Assembly (NCBI RefSeq): GCF_001194135.2
Contig: NC_068987.1
Coordinates: 28,003,019 to 28,067,018, forward strand
Direction: 5' to 3'
Origin: Octopus bimaculoides
Lineage: Eukaryota
Length of the DNA: 64,000 nucleotides
Numbering within the stretch: the first letter of the stretch is position 1; the number at the start of each line of letters is the position of its first letter. The notes under the pieces are model-generated. The model did no database searches and was not told the DNA's origin. It was given only the letters and a program-made list of their open reading frames with translations. Positions 1 through 13,883 of the stretch are shown piece by piece. Position numbers and translations under genes: made by a program.

Positions 1-313
1 CTAAAATAGTAACGAAAATATCGAAAAAGAAAATCTACCTAAAATAAATAGATTCTTGAGGATTAAAAATACTAAAATACTTAAACTTGCAAATTAACGC
101 AAAGTAATAACTATACACATACGAAAATTCTATATTACGTAAATAATGCTATGAAAATTAATACTGAAAAGTCACGTGATAAACATGGCGTCCATTACCA
201 GAGGTAAATACGTATTATAATTACTAAAATAATAACGAAAATATAGAAAAAGAAAAACCTACCTAAAATAAAAAGTTTATTGAAGATTAATAATACTAAA
301 ATACTTAAAACTT
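1..313. repeat. End of a degenerate ~223-bp tandem repeat
   Basis: 1-85 (ctaaaatagtaacgaaaatatcgaaaaagaaaatctacctaaaata...) recurs at 224-313 (ctaaaataataacgaaaatatagaaaaagaaaaacctacctaaaata...). Confidence 0.7.
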
Positions 314-365
314 TTTACTCTCTTGTTTACTATAATACTCTTTTTCAATATTTTTAGATTGTAAC

Positions 366-519
366 TTCTTTCAATTTCTGTCTACCAAATCCACTCACAA
401 TGCAATGCTTTGGTCAGCCTGAGTTTATAGTAGAAGACACTTGCCCAAGTACCACGCAGTAAGACTGAACCTGGAATCATGTGGTTGGGAAGCAAGCTTC
501 TTACTACACAGCCACTCCT
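366..519 (-). mobile_element. SINE family A, 5' half (tRNA-like head)
   Basis: Reverse complement matches the head of the full copy at 37018-37426 (A-box-like TGGCTGTGTAG, B-box-like GGTTCAGTC). Confidence 0.85.
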
Positions 520-2625
520 CTGACTAGATGTAGATTTTATTTGTTTTCCTCTGAGACTTTCAATCTCTATGGTTTGGGACAATCAGTGAGTTTCTTGTAG
601 GATTTTTTTTTTTCAATTACAAGTTATTGATTATGAGAATATAATGTTTAATATCATTTATTAAAAATAGTTGTCATTAATTTATATGTGTGAGTATTCT
701 TGGAGTTCTTATCAAAACTATCAAATCAGTGTGACAGCTAGATATGTGAGATATTAGATGAAGTAGCCAATTCTATTAGCGTTAAGTGATTGGCATAACA
801 TGAGTGAGAACGACAGGTTGCTTGCAGAGACTGAAAGGTTCAATTAAAAGCAGATAAACACAATACCTAGCAAATGATACATATGTGGCTTCAATTCTAT
901 TAGTTGACCGTTATATTCCTCTGATAACCATTTAATACACACGTGAATGTGTGTGTGTACCTGCAGAATATTCAGCATTGTTCAGGCTGAAAAATGACTA
1001 CAAATAACACAGAATTGTTCTTAATGAAGGCATATTCAGTTTAATAGATCATTATTTAATTTCTCTTCAGTGTTAGTCATAGCAGTCCAGTGTTTAATGG
1101 ATTTCATTACAGACACTCAGTTACAATAGTATATTTCATAATTGACATATATCTAATTCAAACATAATTAAGAGTTTTATATCATTTGAAACTCTCAACA
1201 CCTTTTATTCTTCAAAAATCCTGAACTCTGAACATAATTTGAAAATTATGTTGAAAACAAAGAACTGAGATGTAAATCACTCATGGAAATAAAGTCATTC
1301 TTATAACATGTGGAAATGGGGAAAGACACATTCAAATATCGGAATTGCAATACATGCAGTGATAAAAATACCATATTAAGAATTGTGATGAGCTCCAGCA
1401 GGTATGATGATAGAGTTGTACCCCACGTAGTCTTGACAGGAGATAACTACAATCTTTCCAGATTACAAATGGGGCAGTAAAGCCTTTAAAATTCCAGAAT
1501 ACAACTACAAATGTTGATTATGTTAGACTTCAGTGAAGGACAAAAAATATATATATATAATCAGCAGTTGCCCCAAAATATCATTGTGGTACCACATTCT
1601 ACTGCAACATGTTGCTAGATAAATCTACAATACTAAAAGTAGAGAGTTCTAGATATAAATATAAACAACACATCTACTATCGAATATATATACACTGCAC
1701 CATTTTTTTTTTGCCTTTGGTCAGTAAGTGTTATTTACAATTTGCTTCTATCTAAAAATCAAATGAAATAACTACTATTTCCTTCAGACTTTGCTTTTGT
1801 GACCTAGACATCAATGTTTTGAAACTAACCTGTTTTCCATTTCATTTCAGACTGATTCAGCACTGAGTTGCTGAAGCAGAAATATTGTTTAGGAAATATT
1901 CTGTTCAATACCACAGATTTGCTTGTCAGTTGCTTGACCTTCCTTAGTTGAGTATGTCCCTTAGTGGTTGCCAGTATGTGTGTTTCTGATCAGAGCAGGA
2001 GCAGTTGGGGAGCTTCACTGCCACGGGTTGAGAGGGATTCTTTGGGGTTTGAATAAATGTAACAAAAGTAAAGTTTGAAGGAAATAGCGATTTTTCATAC
2101 TTTCCAGAGATAAGCAAATAGAAAATAAAAGTTGCTATCCAAGGACAAAAATCGTGTTACACAGAGTTATAAATTTACATTTATTATGATAACCATTGCT
2201 GCACGTGCTTAGTAAAGGCCTAAGAAACAATCTATAGAAGCTAGGATCGTTAAGTAAAGAAACTAAACCCTTCTAGGCAGAATACTAATGAATAAATAAA
2301 CAGTGAAGGTATATATACAGTTTAAAAGTATCAGTATAAATGTAACAATAGGTTTTGATAGGTATTATGGGATACTTGCGTAATTCATTTTTCACAGAGA
2401 GTAACACATTTCCTCATAATGTTTTACGAAAATAATGTCTACATTGTGATTAAATGATATATCATATACAAACAAACAACAGATTTGTTGTAAAATGATG
2501 AAATAGTGATTATTTGTTTTTGCAAATGTCTTATGTAAATTTTCATTTTGTATTTATATTTACACTATTTAGTCATGCACAAATTATATATATATAAAAG
2601 AATTTAGTGTTAAAAATCCAGAAAA

Positions 2626-2755
2626 ATATATGGCAAACACAGGCACAAAGATGTGAAATCATTTTTATCTGTAGATAGCAAGCCACAATAATAAGTTAAG
2701 TTCTGAATTCAAAGGAAAAAGATCTGTAGGCTAGCCAGCCCTTTCAGACAAGACC
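2626..2755 (+). repeat. ~130-bp direct duplication, copy 1
   Basis: atatatggcaaacac...catttttatctgtagatagcaagccacaataataag...ctttcagacaagacc; closely matches 3517-3645. Confidence 0.85.
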
Positions 2756-3394
2756 ATATCATCTTTTTCTAGCATCTCCACGTTTTAAGATAGTAAGTAG
2801 AATGTCATTTAAGGAAAAGTTGGCTGGTATTTCAAGCAGACAGATCAATTACATGGAGGCTTCTTGCTGACCTATTGCTAATTACTTCTTCGGGTGGGCA
2901 CAAACAGGAAATAAAATGACAAAGACAACAAATATTAACTTCAAAATACAACCAGTGAATGTTTTCCATTTCATTATAAAAACTTGCTGAAATATTGTCC
3001 TCCAGTCAGTTTTCATCAAATCGGCAGATAATATTTGCACTTTTGATTCGCAATTCGTCTAAAAATTTTCTGATATGTTATACGTAATTTACGTTTCATT
3101 CCTCTATTTGTCTAAGAACTCTGACTTGCACAACAAATAAATTTAGAATAATAGCAAGCACTCAAAAACAGTGTTAGAATTTTTGAAGAAATTAAGCATT
3201 GGATTTAGTCAAATGTAACTTTTCAGTTTATCATAAATATACATATAGGAAGATTTCCTAATTTTGCATGACATATAAACTGGTATATACGCAATAATTT
3301 TTAAAAATTCCTTTAGCTTAGATATACATACATACATACGTACTTAGATTCATACATGCATACATACATAAATGCACACATACATACATATGTA

Positions 3395-3500
3395 TAGTAC
3401 CCATTCAAGCTGAGTAGTCTGAAGTAACAGAAAATAAGTGTCTTCAAGGACTCAATATGCTGCCCGATCCAAGAATCGAATCCATGACCTTGTAATTGTA
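3395..3500 (-). mobile_element. SINE family C, decayed fragment
   Basis: agctgagtagtctgaagtaac...aaggactcaatatgctgcccgatccaagaatcgaatcc resembles 40450-40550. Confidence 0.55.
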
Positions 3501-3516
3501 TGCCCCAGATGCATAT

Positions 3517-3645
3517 ATATATGGCAAACACAAACACAAAGATACAAAATCATTTTTATCTATAGATAGCAAGCCACAATAATAAGGTAAGTTCTGAATT
3601 CAAAGATAAAAGATCTGTAGGCTAACCAGCCTTTCAGACATGACC
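3517..3645 (+). repeat. ~130-bp direct duplication, copy 2
   Basis: Matches 2626-2755. Confidence 0.85.
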
Positions 3646-3910
3646 CATTATTCTGCCTATGTCTGTGCACATCTTTGAATGCAGAGTATGCTAGAAGGTT
3701 TGCAAATCCAATGGAGGCCTCAAAAGACATCTTAAGATCCACAAAGTGCAGAACTTATTTCCAGGTCTTGGTGGTCCAAATCAGCAGTGCAATCTATGTG
3801 GGTGCCTTTTCATAACATTGTCCGGTTTAAAAAGCCACATCAGATGCCCTGATGGTGCTAAGGTGTAGGTACAGGAGGTGGTCAAACTCTGCATAAGGAG
3901 TAGACAACGA

Positions 3911-3952
<42 letters not shown>

Positions 3953-4989
3953 TTAAACACACTAATTGACATATACCCATTAGTCCAAAGTTTTACATAT
4001 ATATATAAACAGGATTTTCACACTATTTCTGTTTAACAAATTTCATAAACCTGTCACTCTCCATGGTTTGATTAATATATTGCTATGGTAAATGACACAT
4101 GCTATGTGATGGGCTCTAGTATCTCATATCTTCTGAACCTCTTTCTCTTCTGTCACAAACATTGTCTTACATGAGCTCTGGCTAGGCATCAATCATAGCA
4201 ACTTCAGTAATCTGAAAAGGTGTACTGTTATTTTACTCCATTTAGTTTGTCAGACTGGAAAAGGTACATTTCTTCCTCTCCAACAATTTATATGGATGTG
4301 GGAAAGCAATATAGTACTATGTGAAAAAAGCATTGTAAATAAGTCTACACACATGCTATCTCACAAAATTACAGATTTTGATTGAAACATTCGCATTTCA
4401 GATTAATAGTCATGGATATCTCAATACTCAACAAAAGAATGTATTGGTGCATATGTCTTAGTGCAAATTTGAAATATCATAAATTGTATTAGAATTTGTG
4501 AATTAACATTTTTCTCTCGATATTTTATTATTTATGCTATAACAATTTATGAATTATTATTTCGTTAAAAATTGAACCAAATCGAAAAATTTGAAGCAGT
4601 TAGCGATCTTAATTCAATCAGTCGTTTATGTCTTCATCTTATAACATGTTTTAATTTCAATCTTGCAAAAGGAAAATATTTTAACATTGTTATTGTGTCT
4701 GAATGTTTTTCACTGAACTTGTCTACATTCATTGCAAATTGAACAAATAAAACACCTTTCTTTCTTTTTTTTTTAACATTTCTCATGTTATGTTCTTGGA
4801 GCTCTGAGTCATGATTTAACTAGATTCTGATAGAAATTGTAATTCTATATGTGTAATTCTATATATGTGTATAATTATGAGCTGTATACATGTGTATGAT
4901 AAAATGAAAAATGGTTGTAACTAGGTATTAAATATATTTTTATATGTTATTTTATGTATGACTTGAGAAGCAGTTTACATGGGAAGCAA

Positions 4990-5100
4990 AAGAATATAAT
5001 TAAAAGTAGTGGAGTGACAGTGTTGGGGGATCAAAACAAAAATGCTAGAATGAGTGTTGGTAATATTCAGAAGTTAATATTCTTGAAAATAAAAAAGGAA
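4990..5100 (+). pseudogene. Possible hAT transposase C-terminal dimerisation-domain remnant
   Basis: Translates SSGVTVLGDQNKNARMSVGNIQKLIFLK, loosely like the hAT tail pattern (S..G......R.Rms..n.ekLifLk); recognised by eye only. Confidence 0.25.
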
Positions 5101-6814
5101 AAACTCACTAGAAATGTTGATGCTGACAAAACATGAATATATCATCAGCATTGTCATTGTCATAATAATTAATATGATAATTTCAATAATAATTATTTCA
5201 GAGTAATAATTTTCTAACATAGGTTCAAGACTACTAATTTTAAGGAATCTCTTAAAGAAAATTTTGTTGTAGTGTTGAGTTCTGTCTCAGAATACATCCA
5301 ATTCCATGCAATGCGGGAGTCAAAGGTAAAACAGGTTTCTCATTCCCTATATAGTGTTGTCATCATCAACATCGTCATGAGTTGGTTGTATCACTTATTA
5401 TGGTCATGTCATCTAGAACACCAAGCAACAAAAAAAGTGACCTCCTTTATTTTCTATATCATATTTTGGATATAATTTTTATCTCTGAGTGCCTTTACTT
5501 TCATCAGCCCTTTTCAGAGCATGGATTGAGGGGCATTTTATCATGAAATGAATCTTAGGAGAATGTCTACAGCAGAGCTACTCATCTTCTCTACTTAGTT
5601 TCATAAATTTTGTTCATAGTTGCTGCTCATTTGGACAATAAAAGCCTCCTCTGATTCTCATGGAGTTTCTATTGATTCTATTTCTTTTTTGATAGGTAGT
5701 AGGCATGATTTTTACTATTAGAACCTCTGTATATCATCAAGATTTAATTGGGTACATTTTACTGTGCTAGAAGTGCTAGTAAGGTTATTTATACAAAGAC
5801 TGAAAATGTTTCCTCTTCCCTACATCACCTGCAATTAGTAGGGGAGCTAAACAACATGATAGAATGTGATGCTTTGTTTCAAAAAGTATAGCACAATAGA
5901 ATGCAATAGAAAACATCTATTTGTTTAGTATTGCAGATATTTTGGCAATAATAAATTACACAACATTAAAACCAATTTATCACCATAATTTAATGAGGAA
6001 TGAAAACCATGAAGCTGAAATAGCATCATAAAACATGTAAACATGATAGATAAAGGAAAAAAATTGAAAAATAGAAGAGCTTAAAATTTCTTTGATTAAG
6101 AAAAAAATTTAAGGAGCATCATTTCAATTAGCAATTTCTGGAAAATAAGGGTTTTTGTGTTTTTGTTTTGCAGGTCCTATAACTAAATGTAAGTAGATTT
6201 AAAAGCAGAGGGGAATGAAATATAAGTAAAACATTAAAAAAGAATATTTCATATAATTGAGTGCTAAAGTTTGTATGTAAAATTCACTATAATTAAGCTA
6301 TAAAATAACTAGAACTGCCATAGTAAAAAAGAATTAAACAAAATTTCTCAATCTGATGTGAGCAACTGAAACGTGGAATGGAGATGTATTTTGCTCTACC
6401 ATAGAGAGATATTTATTTCTGAGCTGAGTGCAGTTAAGAAAGTTGAAGATTTTACTAAGTAGTTTATTTCCTCAGCTGTAGAATTGTAAATTCAGTGAAA
6501 ATATAATTGATTTGCTGTTATTTGTTTTGAGAAGATATTACAGAAATTGATGTGAAGGAGGAGTACACCATCTTAACGTTCACTGGAGTCCTGTTTAAAA
6601 AGGAATTTTTATCATTAATTTGATTTCTCTACATCTGATGATCATTATCTTTGCCTCATTACATGCCTTACATGTATTTCTCTTTTATTTTCTTTGGGAT
6701 TACTTTTTGTTATTTTTAACTATCTTTCTTTATACACACATGCATGTATGTATGTATGTATGTGTGTGTCTGTGTGTGTGTGTGCATGTGTGTATGTGTG
6801 TGTATATATATATT

Positions 6815-6999
6815 TACTCTTTTACTCTTTTATTTGTTTCAGTCATTTGACTGTGGCCATGCTGGAGCACCACCTGGAGCAAATCGACCCCAGGACTTAT
6901 TCTTTGTAAGCCAAGTATTTATTCTATCGGTTCCCTTTTGCTGAACTGCTAAGTTACAGGGATGTAAACACACCAGCATCGGTTGTAAAGCAACGTTGG
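6815..6999 (-). mobile_element. SINE family A, 3' half (runs into gap)
   Basis: tactcttttactcttttatttgtttcagtcatttgactgtggccatgctggagcacc...; reverse complement of the tail of 37018-37426. Confidence 0.85.
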
Positions 7000-8505
7000 N
7001 NNNNNNNNNNNNNNNNNNNNNNNNNNNNNNNNNNNNNNNNNNNNNNNNNNNNNNNNNNNNNNNNNNNNNNNNNNNNNNNNNNNNNNNNNNNNNNNNNNNN
7101 NNNNNNNNNNNNNNNNNNNNNNNNNNNNNNNNNNNNNNNNNNNNNNNNNNNNNNNNNNNNNNNNNNNNNNNNNNNNNNNNNNNNNNNNNNNNNNNNNNNN
7201 NNNNNNNNNNNNNNNNNNNNNNNNNNNNNNNNNNNNNNNNNNNNNNNNNNNNNNNNNNNNNNNNNNNNNNNNNNNNNNNNNNNNNNNNNNNNNNNNNNNN
7301 NNNNNNNNNNNNNNNNNNNNNNNNNNNNNNNNNNNNNNNNNNNNNNNNNNNNNNNNNNNNNNNNNNNNNNNNNNNNNNNNNNNNNNNNNNNNNNNNNNNN
7401 NNNNNNNNNNNNNNNNNNNNNNNNNNNNNNNNNNNNNNNNNNNNNNNNNNNNNNNNNNNNNNNNNNNNNNNNNNNNNNNNNNNNNNNNNNNNNNNNNNNN
7501 NNNNNNNNNNNNNNNNNNNNNNAGAGAGAGAGAGAGAGAGAGAGAGACATATGTATATGCATACATATATATATATCTATATGCATTCATAAATTCAAAA
7601 AGTTGCATTTAACTTACCAACCAATGTTTTTTAGTCTATGTCCTGTGTTGTAAATAAGTTTGTCTAAATTTCTTGATTGTATATATTTGTCTGTGCATAT
7701 GTGTATATATATATATATATATATGTCTATATTTTCATGTAAAATTATATACTTATACACACTCTCACACACACATATACATACATACACACACACATAT
7801 ATATATATATATATGCATATATAAATATATATGCGTGTGTGTGTGTTTGGCAGGAGCAAGGGAGTGTGTATTCAAATTGTTGAAATACGAATAATCTATT
7901 TTAAAAATCATGTTCCATACAGAGATATTGCTGATATATCATTGTTCCAGTGTAAACAGATTTATATTTCAACAGTTTCTCTCTCTTTCCAAGCAGTCAG
8001 TTTATATATCAGCTTGTCTGTGGAAATGATAAAAGATAGAAAGTAATTTGCTATAAATAAGGAAAAACCATATCATAGAATAGTTGTCAAAATTGCAGAC
8101 ACTTCCCATGGGCAGGTGATATTTGCTAAAGAGATTATAAAATTCTAGTTATCTGTTACAGCTAGAATCTTATCTTTAGAGTTTCAATACTTTAAAAATT
8201 CACAGTTGTCTTCAACATAATTTTTATATATATTGACAACAACTAAGAACTGAGTTGAAAATTTTCAGACAGAGTAATTCATATAGAAATTACAATAAAA
8301 ATTTAATATATCACTGCACAGCTAAATGTAAACACTTACATATTTGAGAGATTAATATTCCTAATCAGACTATTTCCACCTTTAGTGTGGAGCATACTGT
8401 GCAACTCTTCTTCTAAATTCAACAGGTTCAAAGAAAATATAAAAATTTAATCATCATCTAAAATTTTTTTAATATGTTAGGCTTTAAGTGTTTTTTAGAA
8501 GACAA

Positions 8506-8543
<38 letters not shown>

Positions 8544-9944
8544 NNNNNNNNNNNNNNNNNNNNNNNNNNNNNNNNNNNNNNNNNNNNNNNNNNNNNNNNN
8601 NNNNNNNNNNNNNNNNNNNNNNNNNNNNNNNNNNNNNNNNNNNNNNNNNNNNNNNNNNNNNNNNNNNNNNNNNNNNNNNNNNNNNNNNNNNNNNNNNNNN
8701 NNNNNNNNNNNNNNNNNNNNNNNNNNNNNNNNNNNNNNNNNNNNNNNNNNNNNNNNNNNNNNNNNNNNNNNNNNNNNNNNNNNNNNNNNNNNNNNNNNNN
8801 NNNNNNNNNNNNNNNNNNNNNNNNNNNNNNNNNNNNNNNNNNNNNNNNNNNNNNNNNNNNNNNNNNNNNNNNNNNNNNNNNNNNNNNNNNNNNNNNNNNN
8901 NNNNNNNNNNNNNNNNNNNNNNNNNNNNNNNNNNNNNNNNNNNNNNNNNNNNNNNNNNNNNNNNNNNNNNNNNNNNNNNNNNNNNNNNNNNNNNNNNNNN
9001 NNNNNNNNNNNNNNNNNNNNNNNNNNNNNNNNNNNNNNNNNNNNNNNNNNNNNNNNNNNNNNNNNNNNNNNNNNNNNNNNNNNNNNNNNNNNNNNNNNNN
9101 NNNNNNNNNNNNNNNNNNNNNNNNNNNNNNNNNNNNNNNNNNNNNNNNNNNNNNNNNNNNNNNNNNNNNNNNNNNNNNNNNNNNNNNNNNNNNNNNNNNN
9201 NNNNNNNNNNNNNNNNNNNNNNNNNNNNNNNNNNNNNNNNNNNNNNNNNNNNNNNNNNNNNNNNNNNNNNNNNNNNNNNNNNNNNNNNNNNNNNNNNNNN
9301 NNNNNNNNNNNNNNNNNNNNNNNNNNNNNNNNNNNNNNNNNNNNNNNNNNNNNNNNNNNNNNNNNNNNNNNNNNNNNNNNNNNNNNNNNNNNNNNNNNNN
9401 NNNNNNNNNNNNNNNNNNNNNNNNNNNNNNNNNNNNNNNNNNNNNNNNNNNNNNNNNNNNNNNNNNNNNNNNNNNNNNNNNNNNNNNGTGTAAGGAACTC
9501 TCTCTCTCCCTCTCACACACACACACACTGACCATATCCCTTCAATATGCTTTAATTTTCTTTATCTTATCCCATTTGACATTCTTATTATGACATAACA
9601 AGATAAAAAACAAAGCAAATCACCATCCAAGAAAGTTCACCTCACAGAATTATCACCTATATATGCTATCCTTTTCCTGAATTTCTGGCATTATAATTTC
9701 ATCTCATCTATGCTCTTGCACAATAATCTCACCAGCTATGATGGAAGATTATGCTCTACAAATGCATAATCAGTTATGCTCTACAACTGCATAATCACCA
9801 GCTGATTCAACCTGTATGAAAATTTGGTACTAAATTGTTGAATCAATGTATTAGTGTATTTTTTATCCACCATTTTAATGTTGAGCATGCTTTGTTTTAG
9901 ATTTTATTCATGTACATACATATACACATACATATTTGTGTATA

Positions 9945-9979
<35 letters not shown>

Positions 9980-9980
9980 C

Positions 9981-10048
9981 TGTATGATACAAAAAATAGA
10001 ATATATACATATATATATATGTATATATTTTATTTTTTGTATCATACA
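9981..10048. repeat. 68-bp near-perfect palindrome
   Basis: tgtatgatacaaaaaatagaatatatacatatat / atatatgtatatattttattttttgtatcataca; one mismatch, no spacer. Confidence 0.85.
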
Positions 10049-10644
10049 CACATGCACATACATACACACACACATATATATATATGTGTATACACACACT
10101 CACACATCACACATATGTAAATAATGTACAGTAAAATGATAAATTATAGCAACAGTTTATCTTAGTGGAACCAACAAGTGGGAAGTTTAAACCAAATTTA
10201 AGCTTAATTTCTCCCCATAATTCTGACCTTCAGTTTATGTTAGAAATGATAATATGCCAGTCTTGAAATCTCTTCCAAAAATAGGTAAAAGACAGTCAGA
10301 AAATGTTGACATTGATAAACATATACACAACCCATATTTCATTTCTCTCCCCCAATTAAATTTGACATAAGCATCAGCTCTTAAACAATTATTCAAGCCT
10401 AGAAGAAGACAATGCTGAATAATCAAACTAATTCTTGTAATAGTCTAGAATGTTCTAGTAATGGATATCATTTTGTATAATAAAGATACCATTCTGATTA
10501 AATAATTCTACCTTTTAGGCTCTTAAAATCCTTGATGTGTATAGTGAGATTAACTGAACTCACCCGAGCTACTTCCCTCTTTTATATTCACCTTGCTAGT
10601 TAATCTTTAACCAAACCATTCTGACCAGTGAACAGTGAATTTAT

Positions 10645-10835
10645 TTAGTAAGAAGATTCATCAGCAGCAGCACCAACATTGCTAATGCTGTTTGCAGGCC
10701 TGATACAATGAAAATATGGTTCATTGATTAAGATATTAGTTTCTCTCATTAGATCAATTACAATTTCAGTGAAGTTGAAGTGCAACAATTTAATGTAGGT
10801 TCTAGGACCATAAAAATTCCACTTGGGCAATACTT
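10645..10835 (-). CDS. Candidate terminal coding exon of an unidentified gene
   Basis: Acceptor-like tttaatgtatttcag| precedes an open, non-repetitive 62-codon frame (VLPKWNFYGPRTYIKLLHFNF...AAADESSY*); AATAAA overlaps the stop; no homology recognised. Confidence 0.25.
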
Positions 10836-10853
10836 CTGAAATACATTAAATAT

Positions 10854-10926
10854 CTCTTCTTCTTCTTCTTCTTCTTCTTCTTCTTCTTCTTCTTCTTCGT
10901 TTTCTTCTTCTGCATCTTCTTCTTCC
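10854..10926. repeat. (TTC)n microsatellite
   Basis: Direct reading. Confidence 0.95.
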
Positions 10927-11250
10927 TTATTGTTGTCTTCCTTCTCATCAACATTATTATTGCATTGCCATTAGCAACAGCAAAATTAACTCCTGAGGGA
11001 TCAGCAATATTAACAATATCTTACAAACATACCACCTTTAGATACAGTGTCAGCATTGCTACCATCATCACAACCATCATTGTTTTTGTTGTGAACATGT
11101 TCAGCATCATCTCTCTCTTTTCATTTACAATTATATATATGTGTGTCTATATGTAGTATAGATGTAGTTTATGTCTGTCTGTTTGTCCACCTGTCTCTCT
11201 GTATGCCTGCCTGCATGTATGTCTACATATATACAAAAGTACATGTGTAT

Positions 11251-11281
<31 letters not shown>

Positions 11282-12839
11282 GTGTCTATATATGTCTGTA
11301 TACACATACATACACATAGATTTGTAATTTATATATATATAAATTACAAATCTATGTGTATGTATGTGTATACATGTGTGTGTGTGTGGTGTGTGTGTGT
11401 GTGGTGTGTGTGTGTGTGTGTGTTGTGGGATAAATATTCTAATAACAAATTATGTGTATTGTGCAAAATATTGCAATACATTAATTTTTAAGTTACACTT
11501 GCTAAATATTTCCAACTTCTCAAGGCAAAGATAAGAAAGAAATAAAAACAAAAATCAAAAACAACCTAAGAATAACAAATAAATTCTAGTGTTCTCAGAT
11601 TTCTGATAAACAGGTTAAGTATTGGAGAAATGAATGAATCTTTAATAGTGTTTTTATTTTTCAACTATCCACTAAACCTTTATTGTTGTGTTTTAACAAA
11701 GCTACTAACTTCTTTTAAACAATGCATTGTCTACAACAATAAAAAGGGAATTGTTTCCATCAGGTATAAATGATGAATATAAGAAAAAAAGTTTTAGAAA
11801 AATTATATAAAAAATAACAAAACAACAAAAAATAAAACTGATTTGTGAAAAATTCAGAAATTTGCTACATTTTTATCATTTTCATCACACAATACATATT
11901 TAATATTTTATGAGAAGTAAATCATCAGGATTGTGAAAAGAGTAAAAAATAAGTAGAAAAAGAAATGAAACTTCTATAGAATCTTAAAAGAAAATAATAC
12001 CAACTATCAAATTCCATTTTAAAATGCAAGTATTGTTTCATGTTTATAGAGAAATATATATATTTTTTTAATACTACTTTGAGTCATATCATATTTCAAA
12101 CAAGTATAGGGCATATTAACAAGTTTGTTTATAAATTATTATTATTTTATGAATTATAGTTTGAAATTTTGGTCAAAACATCTGTCTTTTATATTTTAAC
12201 GTGTGAGAGCAAAGGATATTGACTGTGTAAATTTACCATTTTAAAATCCTTTTGTTACTCTGTTTCTGTTAAAATAAACTGCTTTATTTCATTTAATTTT
12301 AAAAACAATGAAGAACTTAGCAAACTAATTTTGTCATTATTCTGCTGATGTTTGGGACATAAATTAATACGGAATTTTGATGCAAGCTGTTAATTTACAT
12401 TTTACGTAAAATAGACAATTTCTATCTCTATCAAAGAACCAGTGGGTGTTACAGGCAGTTTGGTATCATAAAGGTTACATTTCAGTTTCTACTTGGTTGT
12501 CTCTCTACTATTTATTCTCTCCTTTCTGTTCTCAAATGCTGCTGTTAATTGGATGGAAATGGTACTATTTTGTTCCAATTTACTGAGGGAATGATGCAAT
12601 TCCAGTAATGAAATTCTATATAAAAGATTACTTCTCAGGTGTGGACTCTATTAAATTATGATCTACTACAGATTATGGAAAGTTAAGTCAAAGTAAGGGA
12701 TGAGAAATATTTTTCTTGCATGTTTTAGCCAAATATAAACAAAATAAGGAATATCAAGCTACCAAAAACAAAGTCCAGAATTACACTAGAATTGTGCATA
12801 TTTACACACAGACATGCAAACAGAGGCAGGAACACAGAG

Positions 12840-12840
<1 letters not shown>

Positions 12841-12917
<77 letters not shown>
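12841..12917. repeat. (CA)n microsatellite, representative of dozens of CA/TG/TA tracts
   Basis: Direct reading. Confidence 0.95.
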
Positions 12918-12922
<5 letters not shown>

Positions 12923-12996
12923 TACAAATATGGTTTTATATATGCATGTGCATGTGTGTGCTTTTGTGTACATATATACACACATACATACACACA

Positions 12997-13231
12997 TTCT
13001 TTGCTTTTATTCTTTTATTTGCTTCAGTCATTTAATTGTGGCTATGCTGGAGCACTGCTTTGAAGAGTTTTAGTCAAACAAATTGACTCTAGGGCTCATT
13101 TTTTGTAAGCCTAGTACTTAATCTATTGGTCTATTATGCTGAATCGCTAAATTACATGATGCAGACACACCAACGCTGAGATGATACACAGACATAAAGA
13201 CACACACACGCATAGATATATACATACCTAC

Positions 13232-13262
<31 letters not shown>

Positions 13263-13414
13263 CATATATATATATAAAGGGCTTCTTTCAGTTTCCATGT
13301 ACTAAATTCACTCACAAGTCTTTAGAAGAAGACACTTGCCCAAGGTTTCATACAGTGGGACTGAATCTGGAACCATGTGGTTGGGAAGCAAGCTTCTTAC
13401 CACACAGCCATGTC
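12997..13414 (-). mobile_element. SINE family A, full length with internal microsatellite
   Basis: Tail, (CA/TA)n and head all match the reverse complement of 37018-37426. Confidence 0.85.
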
Positions 13415-13432
13415 TATACATACACACACACA

Positions 13433-13660
13433 TTACTCTTTACTCTTTTACTTGTTTCAGTCATTTGACTGCAACCATGCTGGAGCACCGCCTTTAGTTG
13501 AGTAAATCAACCCCAGGACTTATTTGTGTAAGCCTAGTACTTATTCTATCGTACTCTTTTGCTGAACCACTAAGTTACAGGGATGTAAACACACTAACAT
13601 CGGTTGTCAAGCGATACTGGGGGGACAAACACAGACACACAAACATATACCCACACATAC

Positions 13661-13708
<48 letters not shown>

Positions 13709-13860
13709 GGCTTCTTTCAGTTTCCGTTTACCAAATCCACTCACAAGTCTTTGGTCGGCCCGAGGCTATAGTAGAAGACACATGCCCAAGGTGCCATGAT
13801 GCAGTGGGACTGAACCGGGAATCATGTGGTTGGTAAGCAAGCTACTTTTCACACAACCAT
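13433..13860 (-). mobile_element. SINE family A, full length, tandem to the previous copy
   Basis: Same three-part structure. Confidence 0.88.
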
Positions 13861-13883
13861 ATATATATACATATGCATATGCA

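Noticed and set aside
12997-13860. CRISPR-like repeat/spacer alternation
   Set aside because: These are ~400-bp SINE copies in eukaryotic DNA; no short regular repeats and no cas genes
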